A DNA stretch of 64,000 nucleotides, from contig JALMLS010000466.1 of NCBI GenBank assembly GCA_038496445.1, forward strand, positions 558,001 to 622,000, written 5' to 3'. The notes under the pieces are model-generated. The model was not told the DNA's origin. It did no database searches and was given only the letters and a program-made list of their open reading frames with translations. This DNA comes from Trichosphaerium sp. ATCC 40318 (taxonomy: Eukaryota; Protista; Tubulinea). Below, piece after piece: positions 25,590-38,408 of this stretch. The position numbers and the translations under genes were made by a program. Position 1 is the stretch's first letter. Every line of letters begins with the position of its first letter.

Positions 25590-27498
25590 ATGAGCTGCCG
25601 TCATTGTAGACAGAAGCATACAAAGTGCGATCGTGGCACACCTTGTTGTAAACATAACGGACTGAAATACGAATTTTATTCAATTTTGTTGTAGCTACTT
25701 GTCTAAACGATGGTATTGAATGTATGTACCTTAAGCCCGCGCGTAGGGGTCGCAAAAAAGGTACCTACAAGGCTAATTACGATGTTATTTCTTGTTTTCA
25801 TGTAAACTCATTCTCGTTTATTTTGACGTAATGTTGAGCTTGTTGCAACGTCATTGCGCTTGTTTAGCGTTTTACACACTAAATCTCACGTGGTTTGTGT
25901 TACATTTATTCTTACACTCTGTTCAAAGGGACTAACAGCAACGTACTAAAGAATAAGATACTGGAACTGGAAGAGGCGTTAAACAGAGAAAAAGTGACAC
26001 AACAGCAACTAAAACAGGCTTTAAGAGTCTGCACTAAAAGAAAGGCGTACATGGAATCCAACCCACCCTCTAAAAAACGAAAAGCGGACAATTTAAAAGT
26101 ACAAAACAAATCGGGATTTCCGATCAGTTATTTCTTACCTTTGTATTGCAGTTCTCTCCGTGTCTATCAAGCGCTTCTATAGCTCATGCTGTAGACATAC
26201 ATGCATGTATAGATAATTATGGGACGTTTACTGGCTGTGAGTTTCCTACAATCCCTGTTAATGGTATACACTTCGATGATTTCTTTCAAGGAAAGAAAAC
26301 CGGACATACTTTAAAACTGTATTCAATGTTGGCTCTTCAGCAACTATATCATAAGCAAAAACAGCGTTCAAAAGAGTTTGCTGTTCTTGCAGAACAGTGT
26401 AAGACTGCTCTTATAGATAAACCGACAGTTGGAACAGCAGGTACGCCGAAATAATACAAAGTTAAAGTAACAAATCTTTAGTCGGGTTGATTTGTTTGTC
26501 AATGTACTACATCTCTATTGAAGAGAGAGATCGTTCTATCGAGACTATGAAGCTTGCTAATAGTATATTTGAATTCATCGATGCTATGAGAAGGGCTAGG
26601 GGTATACCTACAGAGCAGAGTGATTTACACCTTGCGTTTGCAACAATTTTAAAAGTATTTTTATTAAACATGGACTTACACAATGGCGATATTCGTGACG
26701 TCAAAGATAGCATTCTTTCTCTTCGTTCTAAATTCACGAAATATACATATTATCATATGGCTTCAGCAAAACTAATATTAGAGCACCTGGCAATTCTAGA
26801 GGCACGTGTTCTAAAAAAATTCTGAAAAAGTTCTTTTTTTCGAAAATGCAGTGAGCATTCAAAGTTGTAAACTATCTTCAAGTACAGTTTTATGTTTTCT
26901 CTACTCTATCAATTATCAATTACCTTATAAATTGCGTCACAACTTCAAGTTCGAGACTAACTTTTTTTTAACATAGTGTAAACAATGGCAACGTGATGGG
27001 TCTCCTTCGTCGTATCTAAAAGCGTTACAATATGTACAAGAATCACAACAGATTTGTAAATTACTAGGGGAAGTCAGGGATAAAGTTGCTATTGGAAGTA
27101 ATTTTATTGTGGCTAAAATATATCACATGTTGAATCTTCGAGATAGTTCTCTTGAAGCAGCAAATAATGTTATTTCACAAATTGCAGCTTGGAGATTACA
27201 AGACCGTCCATTACATCCTTTTGTAAGCTTGGCTATTGGTGGTGTATTTCACGTTTATGATGAATATGGTATGGTGCCTGTAGAAAGAGATTTTATGGTT
27301 GAAACAATAGAGTTGCTTGCTTCTGTTTATCCTTTGGTTGGAAATAATGTTGAGGTAAATTCTTTATTTTTTCTTCTTTTTTGTCCCGTTGATGGTTGGC
27401 TTATGCTTTTTTTGTAGTATTTCATAATGGGATTCTTAGAAAAGATATGTCCCGGTGCAATGAATGCTAGTATAGAAACAGTAGAGGAGAAGTATTAA
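25590..27498 (+). CDS. Zn(II)2Cys6 transcription factor, paralog 2
   Basis: Spliced MSCRHCRQKHTKCDRGTPC/STCLNDGIECMYLKPARRGRKKG; shares SMLALQQLY and PLHPF with paralog 1. Confidence 0.88.
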
Positions 27499-27661
27499 AG
27501 AATGTTACCTTTTTTTGTCTTTCGGTTGTTTAAATTCAGTTTCCCTGACCCAAGAAACCTTGTAGTTATTACATAATAAACGTATTTATTAAAATAACTT
27601 TTCATCTATCAAAATTCGTTCATAGTGGGCAACAACATATTTGTGGAGCTGTGCAAATATT

Positions 27662-28749
27662 TTATTGTGGAGTAGATTTGAGAATGTCTTGGACTTTTTC
27701 TGGTGTGTATGCAACATAATTGAATGTCTTTAATCTTAACTTACCTTTTATATGTAAAATTAGATAAAATAAATCATATTTTATATCATACCTTCAGGTG
27801 CCTTACTTCTATCAAGTACATATTCTTGTACACCACAATTTTTTACATTTTCAAGTCCTAGAACTCCATCTTCATCTAAATGCTGTAGAACCGCACGGAA
27901 TAGCTTATATGGTACTTGATGTGTAACGATTAATACAGAACGACCAGCGTATTCACGAGATAATAAATCAAGGAATGAGCTGACACGCATTTCAACATCC
28001 GGATAATTTTCACCACCAGGAAATCGAAACCTTTTGGTTCGAGTTAGATTACTTTCCAGCGTTTTACAAAAGTCTATACCAGTATTTTCCATCTCTTTGC
28101 CGAGCCTCATATTCAACAGGAAATTCTTCTTTTACTGTACTTGCGCGCAATCCGTGTAAACGACCAAACTCTTTTTCTCTGATTTCGGTTTAAGAAAAAA
28201 AGAAGAAAGCAAAGACAGAATGCGTTACCGTAATAGGTTGCTCTTGTAAATCTTTAAGTCATATGGAAGCTCTTTAATAATACTATTAGCAGTTTGTCTC
28301 GCCCTTGGTACACGTGTAAGTACACACAGCAGGCTTAAAATAACAGCAAACCTTAAGTAAGGAGAACAAAAACAAATATCAAACTGATTCGTCTTCGCAA
28401 GAGTTTGCCCTGAAAGTCACGTGTTAACAAAAACGTTGTATTTTTTGATTTTTTTAACGTGCCTGTGAAAGAAGCTTGGATAAAACCTTTCTTTGTTAGA
28501 GCTATATCTGCATCTCGTACAGACGCTAAAAAACAAGTAAGATATGTCAATCATATCATTTTTGTGGTTGAAATACTTGCCTAATGTGTCAATATCAGGT
28601 TGATTAAGGTCCAGAGCTGCATTCTACATTTAAATAAGATACTTGCGTTGGCCTCAGGTTAAATATCTAAAGAACCAACAACTCACCTGTTCACTCTGTC
28701 CATGTCGTATAATGACTACTCTTTTTGGCCATTTTGGAGGTACATACAT
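27662..28749 (-). CDS. Histidine phosphatase / phosphoglycerate mutase family
   Basis: KRVVIIRHGQSEQN, REKEFG, PGGENYPDV, VLIVTHQ, NC motifs. Confidence 0.9.
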
Positions 28750-28900
28750 ATCACGTAACTATGTAGAACATGTACTTAGCAAAAAACCAATCACAAAAGA
28801 ACTTTGCAATGACTCACATTTGGTACAGATACTGACCTTTGTAGTCTTTGGCTTCGCTTCTAAACACGTGAAGCAATTAAACAACAGTACCAGGTAATGA

Positions 28901-29689
28901 TTAAATACATACCTTATTGATAACAGAGGTAGGTGTTTGAAATAAACGCATAGTATCTTCAAGAGTTGAAGCATCTCGTATCAGCGTTGGCTTTGTTTTT
29001 TTTGTTTTTTTCGTTAGCTTGATTCGTTTAGCGTCTCCACTTCGATCTTGTTGTGCATCTGAAGGGAGTGGACGCTTTTTACTGACATGTGTCAAATGCT
29101 TTAAATGGATGACGGCTGTTATAGTACCCTTTGGGCGGATTCTTTACTTTGCAAGCTAGTAGAGCTACTTCTGCGATCGGTGAGTCGCTTTCGTTTGTTT
29201 CTAGTTTTTCGAGCTTTTCAAGTATTGCCATGCTCTTTGGTGATAGCTACCATCTATTTAGAATGTACATTAATTTACAAATGTCGTACTGCGCCCACAA
29301 TATCATACTTTGCATCAAAGGCGTCACAACGGTCCTAAATATATTAGTGTTGCTCTGCAAGCACCTTTCCGTACCAATGTGATAATAATATTCGACTTCT
29401 GGTTCAAAGCAACAATCCCGCGCTTTGAAAATGCTCCTATCGAAGCTTTAACCTTTCTAGGGCGTAATGGCGTCGATATTTTATCTCCACAACATTCAAT
29501 GTAAAAATTGGGTATAATACGCGTTACTTTGCCACTATAGATATGTCAGGGCCATTAGATTCGTTAAAAAAGGTTAACGTACTTTGAAAAAGTACCGCTT
29601 TCAACTAGACGTTGAAACTCCACTACGCTACTACCTGAAATACATTCAATTATCAAGGTGCCTTTGCTTGTATGAAGTATGACTTCCAT
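28901..29689 (-). CDS. Degenerate cyclophilin-like domain with Lys-rich tail
   Basis: MEVILHTSKGTLIIE..FQRLVESGTF..TRIIPNFYIE..RGIVAL..IIITL..FDAKYDIVG follows the cyclophilin pattern, but QGGD and MAN motifs are lost. Confidence 0.6.
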
Positions 29690-29801
29690 TAACAGAAGTG
29701 ACGCGAAAAAACGGTAAATTTCTGTACAAAGACTGTAACGTTTTTGTATTGTTCATTGGCTGAATAGCATTCTCGTTTATAATCTCCCAAACTATTCACA
29801 G

Positions 29802-32734
29802 ATGGAGTGTATAAACAGCTACGGTGTTGCTACGCCAAGATTCGCTTGTAGTGGTATTGCGCCTTGTGATGTTGGTGGAAATACTATAGGTACGAAATTA
29901 TGGGTGATGTGGTCACTTATACGGTTAGATGTGCCATTAAACGGGAGTATTGTGCGTATTAGCTTTGAGGAGCGTAAAAGAATTTTAATGGAGCCCGTAC
30001 GTGAACTACAGCTTTTTTAGTATACCCTCAAAGCATTTAAAACGACTATACATTAATTTACAAAACATAGCTACACAAAGACGTTATTACGTGTGTGCTG
30101 CACGATGGAGTAAACAATAACATCATCACAACGACTTTTGGAGGTACTTGTAGTATCTGGACAAAAGATTACAAACAACAACTTGCGACGCTTGAAACGT
30201 GCTCCGGCAGCAAGTGGAAGGTATCACAAACAATAAAACACGACTTTCTTCGCTAACCGATTATTGTTTAGGTGCCAATTTTAGATGCTTCTCTCTCACC
30301 TGATGGCACTCAGTATGACCTTCATTTTTAGTTTTAACCTTTTATTTACCTTGTAACTTCTTTATTAGCATCTGTTTTGTTTCTTTTAATCGCAATCGAG
30401 ATAAGCAGGTATGCTTTATTACAAAAACAGAATCTTGTTTTTTTCGTTTAGAATTGTGTACTGATTCTTGGTGTTTTAAAGGTTGATGCAAATGAAGTTT
30501 TCAAGCAAGCAACATTAAAAATTTACAAGATCGAGAATAGCACGTTTACCCACGTGTTAACAAAAGTGAGTTTTTTGACTTTATTTTTTTTTGTGAAATA
30601 CGGCTTGTTCATTCACTTGACCTTCAGAATACATTGATTTTTATTCTTCTTTGGATTAAATAATATCAATAGGAGAATTTTTATGACGCTAGCTTTGCAT
30701 GGGTTTCAAATGACGTATTAGTTGGTTATATCAACACTACTCAACCCGAGTATTTATTCACAACATCTGCAAATCCAAAAATATTTCTTTTGAACAAGAA
30801 AGGAGAAGTATTAAAAGAAAGAGAATTACAAGGTGGTATAATATCAACAATGACTGTAAACAGTGAATATAAACGAGTCGCTTTTATTCAGTCAAAGAGA
30901 CTAACAACTGTAACAAACTTTGATCTTGAGAACATATGGCACAGGAAAATACCAGGTATTTTCGTCTCTATTCTTAAAGTAACTGTACTTGTCTTGTATG
31001 CTTACGTACTACTTGAAGGTTATGGTGATGTATTTTGTGCAAATTGGAAGGGTGATAGGTTGTTTGTACCTTGCGATAGGTGAGAGCATGCAAGTTTTTA
31101 TTAATAGAATATTTCCGTTATGTTTACTTTGTTCTTTAGGAGATATTTTTATTTATGTGGACCTACGGAGGAAGACTCTACTGAATTTACTATGCAAAAG
31201 TCTGTAGGACGTACTTACTTTTTTACATGGGCTGATTCAGGTACACGCTTTCGTTGGAGTAGGTACTAACTAACCCATTCAGCCAAAGAAATAGTTTTTC
31301 TGTTCTCGCCTGGAGGTTGTCATAGAGTTGATCTTGTCAAGTCTAAACTAGAAACATACCAACAACATGACTTGGCTTGTTGTGGTGTAGATATCAATCC
31401 AATGGGAACGTTAGGTATAAACGACTTGTCGTGGAAAAATGTTCTCATTAATTAATACAAATTAGTTGCTGCTGGAGACCTAAGTGGACTTGTAAGTTCT
31501 CGTTCTTAGTTGGCGCTTTAGCTAACCTTCAATAAGGTCAAGTTATGGCCAGCGAAGTCGTCAGAGGAAACAACTGGTGATCCATTTCGTACGTTTGCTT
31601 TACCAGGTTCAGTAAGAAGTACACGATGGCGTTCTGATAAACAAGTGCGTGGCATTTTTTTGGTGGGAGTTTTTTTTTGACTGTTTTGGGTAGTTACTTG
31701 TTGGTCTAATGGATGGCACTGTATGGGTTTTAGAGCTTGATAAAGAACCATTGAAAATTTTTACTATGGAGTCAACTGTAACATGTTTATCATTTGGTAA
31801 ACATAAGCAAGATGAACCTCCATCTATCCTTGCAGCAAGTATGGTATTACTTCGTTTTTCCATTCAAACATTGTAACTTAGGTGATACTGCAAGTACCCT
31901 TGAAGTATGGACTATTGATGGTGATAATTATACACGCCAGTGTAGCTTGAAAGGTAGGTGGCGATTGTACAAGGCTTTTGTGAGTGTTGCTGATGATTTT
32001 TTCTAAAAACAGGTCATGGAACTGAAGAAATTTGGAGTACTGCATGGAGTATAGGTAAAAATATTTCATACCTCTCTCATTTGTTTATTTGATTTTAGAT
32101 AATCGATATCTAGCAACTGGAAGTGAAGATAGAACTATACATATTTATGATATGATGGATATGTCAAAACCAATTCTTGTTGAAACGTTAAAGGTGCTTT
32201 CGGAAAAAACCAGGATTACTTTTCGTGACTCATATAATATCTAGGGCATGACTGCTGCTGTCACGTGTTTAGATTGGAAAATGACGTCGCTAGGATCTAC
32301 GCTTGCTGCTAGTTCAGGTATGAAGAAAATAAATACACGAGCGTTTTGTCTTTTCTTAACTATTATTTCAGATGATAGGACTGTTCATGTTTGGACGAAT
32401 GAAGGGTCCACTTTCACATTACATCATAAATTCCAGACTTTGCATAGACACCTTATGATAACGTATTGTGTTTTAACAGATACCGATTGTCTAGTTTGCG
32501 TTACAATGAGCGGACAAATGTACTCTTGGTGCGCTTCAACAACCTCCTTTTATTGGCTTTTTTGCTTGCAAGAAAAGTACTGATGTTTTCGATAGGAATG
32601 TATCTTCAAAAGAGCATATTGCACAAAACAAACCACATATAGGATCTATAGAGGGTATATCATGGTGCCCGAAAAAGAAAATTCTTGCAACATGTTCATC
32701 TGATTGCACTGTAAATGTGTACAAACATAAATAA
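29802..32734 (+). CDS. WD40-repeat protein
   Basis: LATGSEDRTIHIYD, GHDAAVTCLDWK-like, DDRTVHVW, LATCSSDCTVNVY repeats. Confidence 0.85.
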
Positions 32735-32899
32735 AAATACTTTACACTATAAAACAACGGTACAGATTTGTTGACTCCATAATGCCGATACACCTGAATC
32801 TGTAAGGTGTAGTAAATAGATCTATAATATGTATACGTGTTATATACCCATTACTAGAGAACACAAAAAAGGCAAAAGAGGGACAAAGTCATATGTTTA

Positions 32900-34025
32900 T
32901 TAATGATTGTTGGGAAACAATTTGCGAACATGATTCAGTACTTTGTCTTGTGCACTTTTTATAACAATACCGGAAACACAGTTACCACTTGTGTTTTCAA
33001 CGACGCCAGAAACAGAAGTAAAATAGTGCATTTCACCCGCCTTTGGATCACCTCGCATGAAGTAGTAAAATCCGGTAGCATTCATAGACGAAGCAAGGTC
33101 AATACCGTCCTCAAGAGAGTCCACTTTTATGGTATGTTCACCGGTACCAGTTAGCGCAACTCCAGATGTCAACATGTACTTAGAAACTAGCAAAACAATA
33201 AATCACGTGATAGGTTCAGTTCACACGTGCACTTTAAAGTCGGTTTAGGTGTTCGAAACTTACGTACTTGTTTTGCTAACAGGACAAGCGTATTGTGATG
33301 CTGCCGTCATTGGGTACGATAGGGAGCCCTTTTCAGCTATAGTCCATAAAGAAAAATCTACAAAAGAAGTTATACTTCAGGCTTGATAGAAACAGTACTA
33401 ATACGCGCGTACCTCCAGCAGTTTTGTCACATGATACGGTCACTGTGTTGTAAAAAAAAAAGTAAGTTTAAACTCAAAAAAATAGGAATAGCCCCGAGCG
33501 ATGGTGTTTGGTTTGATTGCTTAGACTGGTAACAAGAAGGTAAACGTACAGTTGGCTGTTCTGCCAAAGTCACCCACCATATTTAAAACAACGCCTTTGC
33601 CACCGTCCAAGCCAACAACAGACATGTCCTTGAAATCGCCAACGCAAGCCTAGGCAAAAAAGCTGAGTAAAAAAGCAATCTCAGTTCAGAACACATTGTA
33701 CCTCAGCGTTAGGGAGTTCATAATCGTCCCATCGTTGACATGTACTACACTCGTAAGACATACCACATCTTCCATTCGCTGCACAAATGTCCAACGTATA
33801 CTGGTATTTTCCTTGCTACGACAAACGTTACATTCTACAATCTGCGAGTTTTCTTGCTAACCGTACTTTACAATTAGGGCACGGCATGGTGCCTAAACCA
33901 ACAACAATTTTGCTTTGTATTACTGTAAGATCATACTTCGTTCCATCAGCGGCTACAATATTACTGCAAATACCCGCCAAAGAGCAAGAAATGAAAACCG
34001 CTAAACAAATCACACGTGATAGCAT
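32900..34025 (-). CDS. Secreted protein with MRH (mannose-6-phosphate receptor homology)-like domain
   Basis: Signal peptide; ADGTKYDLT, YQYTLDIC, GKGVVL, FTVSCD, SQYACP pattern. Confidence 0.6.
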
Positions 34026-35236
34026 TTTGGCAATAGAGTGATTGGTTGTCAAAGAGAATGGATCGATTAATCCGGCTTAACTCATATTTATAAGATACAA
34101 ATGTGAGTTGCTGTATACACGTCACGGTGTGAAAAGTGGTACGAAAGTTATAAATTGTTTAGCACAAATTTACTTGTAAACTTTGTCTTAAAAGCACTAG
34201 GTGCTATGAACGTATGATCAACACAAGTCCGCTATTTTCTCCACCCAAACTTATTAGTTCAGTTTTATAGTTCAGTAGTATCGGAGCAAGATAGGTACTT
34301 TTTGTACATCATTTTTTCTGAAAATAAGAATAAAAACAGTTATCGTCAGTTGGAAGCGTGTGAAAAGCGCCTTCAAGCGTCTTGTGCAATGTTGCATCAA
34401 TTAAGGCGTGTGAAGTATAATTCAGTGCATTTGAAATGCTGTAGAGTTGGTTCAAGGTTGAAGTACGTTTATCATGTATTTTGTTTTAGACAAAATAACG
34501 TTAAGTTAAGCTTTTTATTTGATTGATTTACAAATTTGATCAAATCATTTGCGCTCAAGTCGCATGTACAGTGCTTCTTCTCTTCTATTTAGCCTCATTA
34601 CTAATTATTTTACAGCTTGAGCCTAATTACATCTACGGATAGTCCATTTGGCATTGGTTGTTCCTTTGATGAGTCTAAGCTTAACAAAGAAGCTTAAAGA
34701 GGTACCAAACGACCACAAATACTTGAGAGTAGAAGAAAAACTGCATTTACTGACAAACAGTAGATGTTGTACTTCCAGTAAACGACCACATAGAGATGTT
34801 ACCAAAACGGCTTTTAAAAAGGTCTCACAAACACAAGCCCATCATAGCAGTGATGAAGAAGTATCTCAGCAAACGTTGAATCTAGGTGGTAAGATTGGAA
34901 ATGGCACAAAACTCATAGCATAGACAACCTCCCAAAGAATACATGACAATGAAGCAGTGTTGTAATGAAAGATTCTAATTCTACACTCAATGGCTTTATA
35001 GGCTGTTATTGTATGGTGATAGATGATTAGGTATGTACTTGCAAGGGACAATATTGAAGTAGCATGCACAGAATAATATCCAAGTATTTACAGATAAAAA
35101 AAAAACCCTGTAGATTATGTGATAAAAGGTAAAACTTGTTTGAAGGTTCTGCTAGACACAAAGCTATCACATGGGGCTGTGCTTATGTGCATTTAGAAAA
35201 AGAACCCCAGAGTCTAGGATTGGCTTTCATCATGAG

Positions 35237-35309
35237 GGGCGCGTGGTGTAATTGGTATCACGGTCGCTTTGCATGCGACAGGTACCGGGATCGAAGCCCG
35301 GCGTGTCCA
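35237..35309 (+). tRNA. tRNA-Ala-TGC: tRNA-Ala(TGC)
   Basis: GGGCGCG/CGTGTCC-A acceptor stem with G3:U70, anticodon arm GTCGC-TTTGCAT-GCGAC, T arm CCGGG-ATCGAAG-CCCGG, T5 terminator at 35316-35320. Confidence 0.95.
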
Positions 35310-35370
35310 CTCCTCTTTTTATGCTTTACCTGCTGTTAACATGCCTTTGTTTCTTTTTTCTTTCTTCTCA

Positions 35371-35426
35371 CCCGGTTCTACCTGTCGCATGCAAAGCGAC
35401 CGTGATACCAATTACACCACGCGCCC
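35371..35426 (-). pseudogene. 3'-truncated inverted copy of tRNA-Ala
   Basis: Identical to tRNA nt 1-48, then GAACCGGG; no T loop/B box and no 3' acceptor strand. Confidence 0.85.
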
Positions 35427-35850
35427 CTCATGATGAAAGCCAATCCTAGACTCTGGGGTTCTTTTTCTAAATGCACATAAGCACAGCCCCATGTGATAGC
35501 TTTGTGTCTAGCAGAACCTTCAAACAAGTTTTACCTTTTATCACATACTTGCAGACAACAATACTTCACCAACCATGAAATAGTCACAGTAACTATTCCA
35601 TCAATTGACATTAGAAAGCCAATTCAACCAACAATGATAAAGAACTGCAAATAGTACTCTTGTTGAGTAAGGTCAGGCAGAGCTAAGCAACTTGCAGTGT
35701 AGTCTTGCAAAATATATTAGTAATATCTGTACAAACAATGTCTTTTTTCTGGTCCTGCTTTTGCTACATTTGTTCAACAGAGCATGTAGCGTCACAATAA
35801 ACAACAAAATAGATTTCACAAAATGATGTTTTGGTCGCTCCTGCAGTTTT

Positions 35851-35967
35851 TTGATCCGGGATTCATCACATGCAAACGTGTATGCATCTAATAGCCATTT
35901 CAACACCTTTGCATGCAATGGCTCCCGGGATCCAAGGTCGGGGATCAGATTGTAATTGTGAAAGTTG
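35851..35967. repeat. tRNA-Ala-derived palindromic element, copy B (decayed)
   Basis: gatccggg..cacatgcaaa-[31 nt]-tttgcatgc..ccgggatccaag..gatc..ttgtaattgtgaaagttg; same geometry and tail as copy A. Confidence 0.75.
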
Positions 35968-36701
35968 ACACTCCTAAAACCTTGCAAAGTGGGTTGTAAA
36001 ACGCTAAATAAAACAATCGCTACCAATTTACACCAATTTTCGGACATAACGAAATAAGAACAAGAATTGTGTTTCTTTTACAAAACTGCCCCAAATCACT
36101 ATAAAACAACTCCACGCACTGTTTAAAACATCCCACAATTTTTAGTGCATGGAAAAGCAACTCTTCATAAAGCTTTCATCTTTCTGTTATAACCGAGGTG
36201 CATAGTTGTCGTGCTTCCCCGATGGAAGGTTGTGGCTGATTATACTTCGTTTTAACTGATTGGGCTCTCGGGGCAATACTTTGTGGCATACTTCGCTTTC
36301 TCCCCGTTAGCCCTTTAAACCACCATTACAGCCACAGATGCACTAAGCGACACAACTATCTGCGGTGCTGCGACAGAGCTGGCATCGCTGAAGGATAGTC
36401 GTGACTTGCTTGTGCTAAAAACCTGAAATCATTTACTTCGCAAAAAATGTTGTTTTCTGAAAGAACCCTTGTGCCTTTAAGGACACGGATGAGCAAATCA
36501 TTCACTGTGTACCTTGGCACTGCTGTTGCACACTACGCGATCACCTCTTTTTGGTGTTACTGACATTGTTGATCTTCAGCTTGTGCCAAAAGCGAGTTTC
36601 TTACTCTTTTTCCTGTACTCTCTACTATACGTATTCCAAGTGTTCTACATGGCACTTTGTTCTTCAACAACATTAAGCTAGTTCCTACGTTATGTTGTAT
36701 T

Positions 36702-38274
36702 TTATTGCTCTGACATTAACAGTCCGGCCTTTTCATATAAACCTTGTGCAACTTTTTCAAGCTCGTCTTTCTTTTCTAAGTTTTCATAGTTGCAAAGAGG
36801 CACAATATCCATCCCATAGAAAGCACCGAACCACGCAGCGGCAATAGTCCCAGTCGAATCAGAATCTCCTCCATGAAGAACACCGCTAAGACGTATATTA
36901 CATATCTACAGAAAGCTGTTAATACTCACTGTTCACATAATGTTATCCAATCTCCATCACATGCCAGTAAAGCGTCATATGCGATAATAGTAGAATCGTG
37001 ACCGCTAGCACCGCCCCAACCATTATACGAAATTGCACTGTAGAACTTGTCTCTGAAAATTATAAGAGACTAAAAGTAACATATTTTTTTGTACCTTTCT
37101 TCAACTCCGTATTTATCGGGAAACAGAGGTCTTTTATCGCTTTGACTTAGGTGCCTTATTGTAATATAATCAATCCACTTTGATATAAAATACCCCATAG
37201 ATTCGAGGTTTATATTCACATGTCTTTTCGTCATTTTGATAAAATGTACTACACGCGGGAGTACACTAAGCATTCTCCATCCCCATGATTTTATAGGAAG
37301 TTGCATGAAAGCGAAACTTGTGAAAAGAGCAGAAACAAAGCCGCCCAAGTATCCAGTTGGATGATGATGAGTCATCCGAGATGTGTCCACAGACACAGAT
37401 ATTAAGTCATCTATTTGAGATGGTAGAGGGTACATGGCACCTATACACATAGCTCTCATAGACGCACCACATCCTTGAAAAAACAAAACGTTTGCAATTT
37501 ATAAGTTCTTACTTTGTACCTCCTCCTGAATGATTATAAGGTACTTTATCCCAAGAACTAGCTTGTCTTCCTAGATTTTGCAAGCCTTCTAATGTAGTAG
37601 GTCCTGAAAAAGCACTTGAGAATGACGATAAATTATCACGTTTTTTCACCTGCAGCTCTTCCTTGCATATCAAAAAAAGCCTCGTAGTAGGCTTTGCCTA
37701 TCCGCTGTATAAGAGGGATATTACCTTCGCTGATTAACCCTTTAGCAGTTGCCAGGTGAAGCACTGTATCTATTTGTAGAGTTAGTGCAAAAAAGGAAAA
37801 AAACGAATTAGTGCTACCGTCAGACACCCTCCAGTCGTTTCCTTTCAACGGTAGGTTTTTAACACCCATTCCTTTAGTTAGACGATGTAAATCATCATGA
37901 ATACGCTTCCCGTCTTTACAAAATTCCCATATACCAGCATGATAGCCCATAGCGTCTCCAACAGCGCCCAGAATCTGTTACGCAGTTAACGGACAGTTTT
38001 ATTAATGTAATAAACAATTTCGCACCATTAACGCTTTAACTTTCTCCCTTGTACTTTCTTGCGCGTAAAAAGTCTTAACGTGAGCACAAGAAGGCCATTC
38101 AACAGGTTTTTTTTGAATACACAGTTTTAATACATCTATTGTACGCGTATCCTTCTGTATTGCGCTACCATCGCTTTGTTGTATATCATCTGTATCAATT
38201 GCGTCAATTGCAGAATCAAGCTCGGACAGATCAATGTCGTCCTCGAATAGAAACTTGTACTTATCGTCTTCCAT
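36702..38274 (-). CDS. ADPRH: ADP-ribosylarginine hydrolase (ARH1-like ADP-ribosylglycohydrolase)
   Basis: [59 protein letters not shown]. Confidence 0.9.
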
Positions 38275-38408
38275 ATCCTTGCAGTGTTTTCAAGATAATC
38301 AGCAAAAGCACGTGCCTTACGTGGGGTTTTGGGGTCAAAAACCAGAAGAGAAAATTCAAACATTTTTGTTTCGGCATGTATTGGCGTAAATGCCTTCGTA
38401 TACGCACT

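Larger units (their letters stand above)
35116..35547. repeat. Perfect 169-bp inverted repeat (35116-35284 / 35379-35547) including the 5' part of tRNA-Ala
   Basis: Arms are exact reverse complements when read base by base; 94-bp spacer. Confidence 0.95.

Noticed and set aside
34302-34923. Short ORFs upstream of the tRNA (also 36180-36600 and 40016-40198)
   Set aside because: No coherent spliced model or recognisable motif
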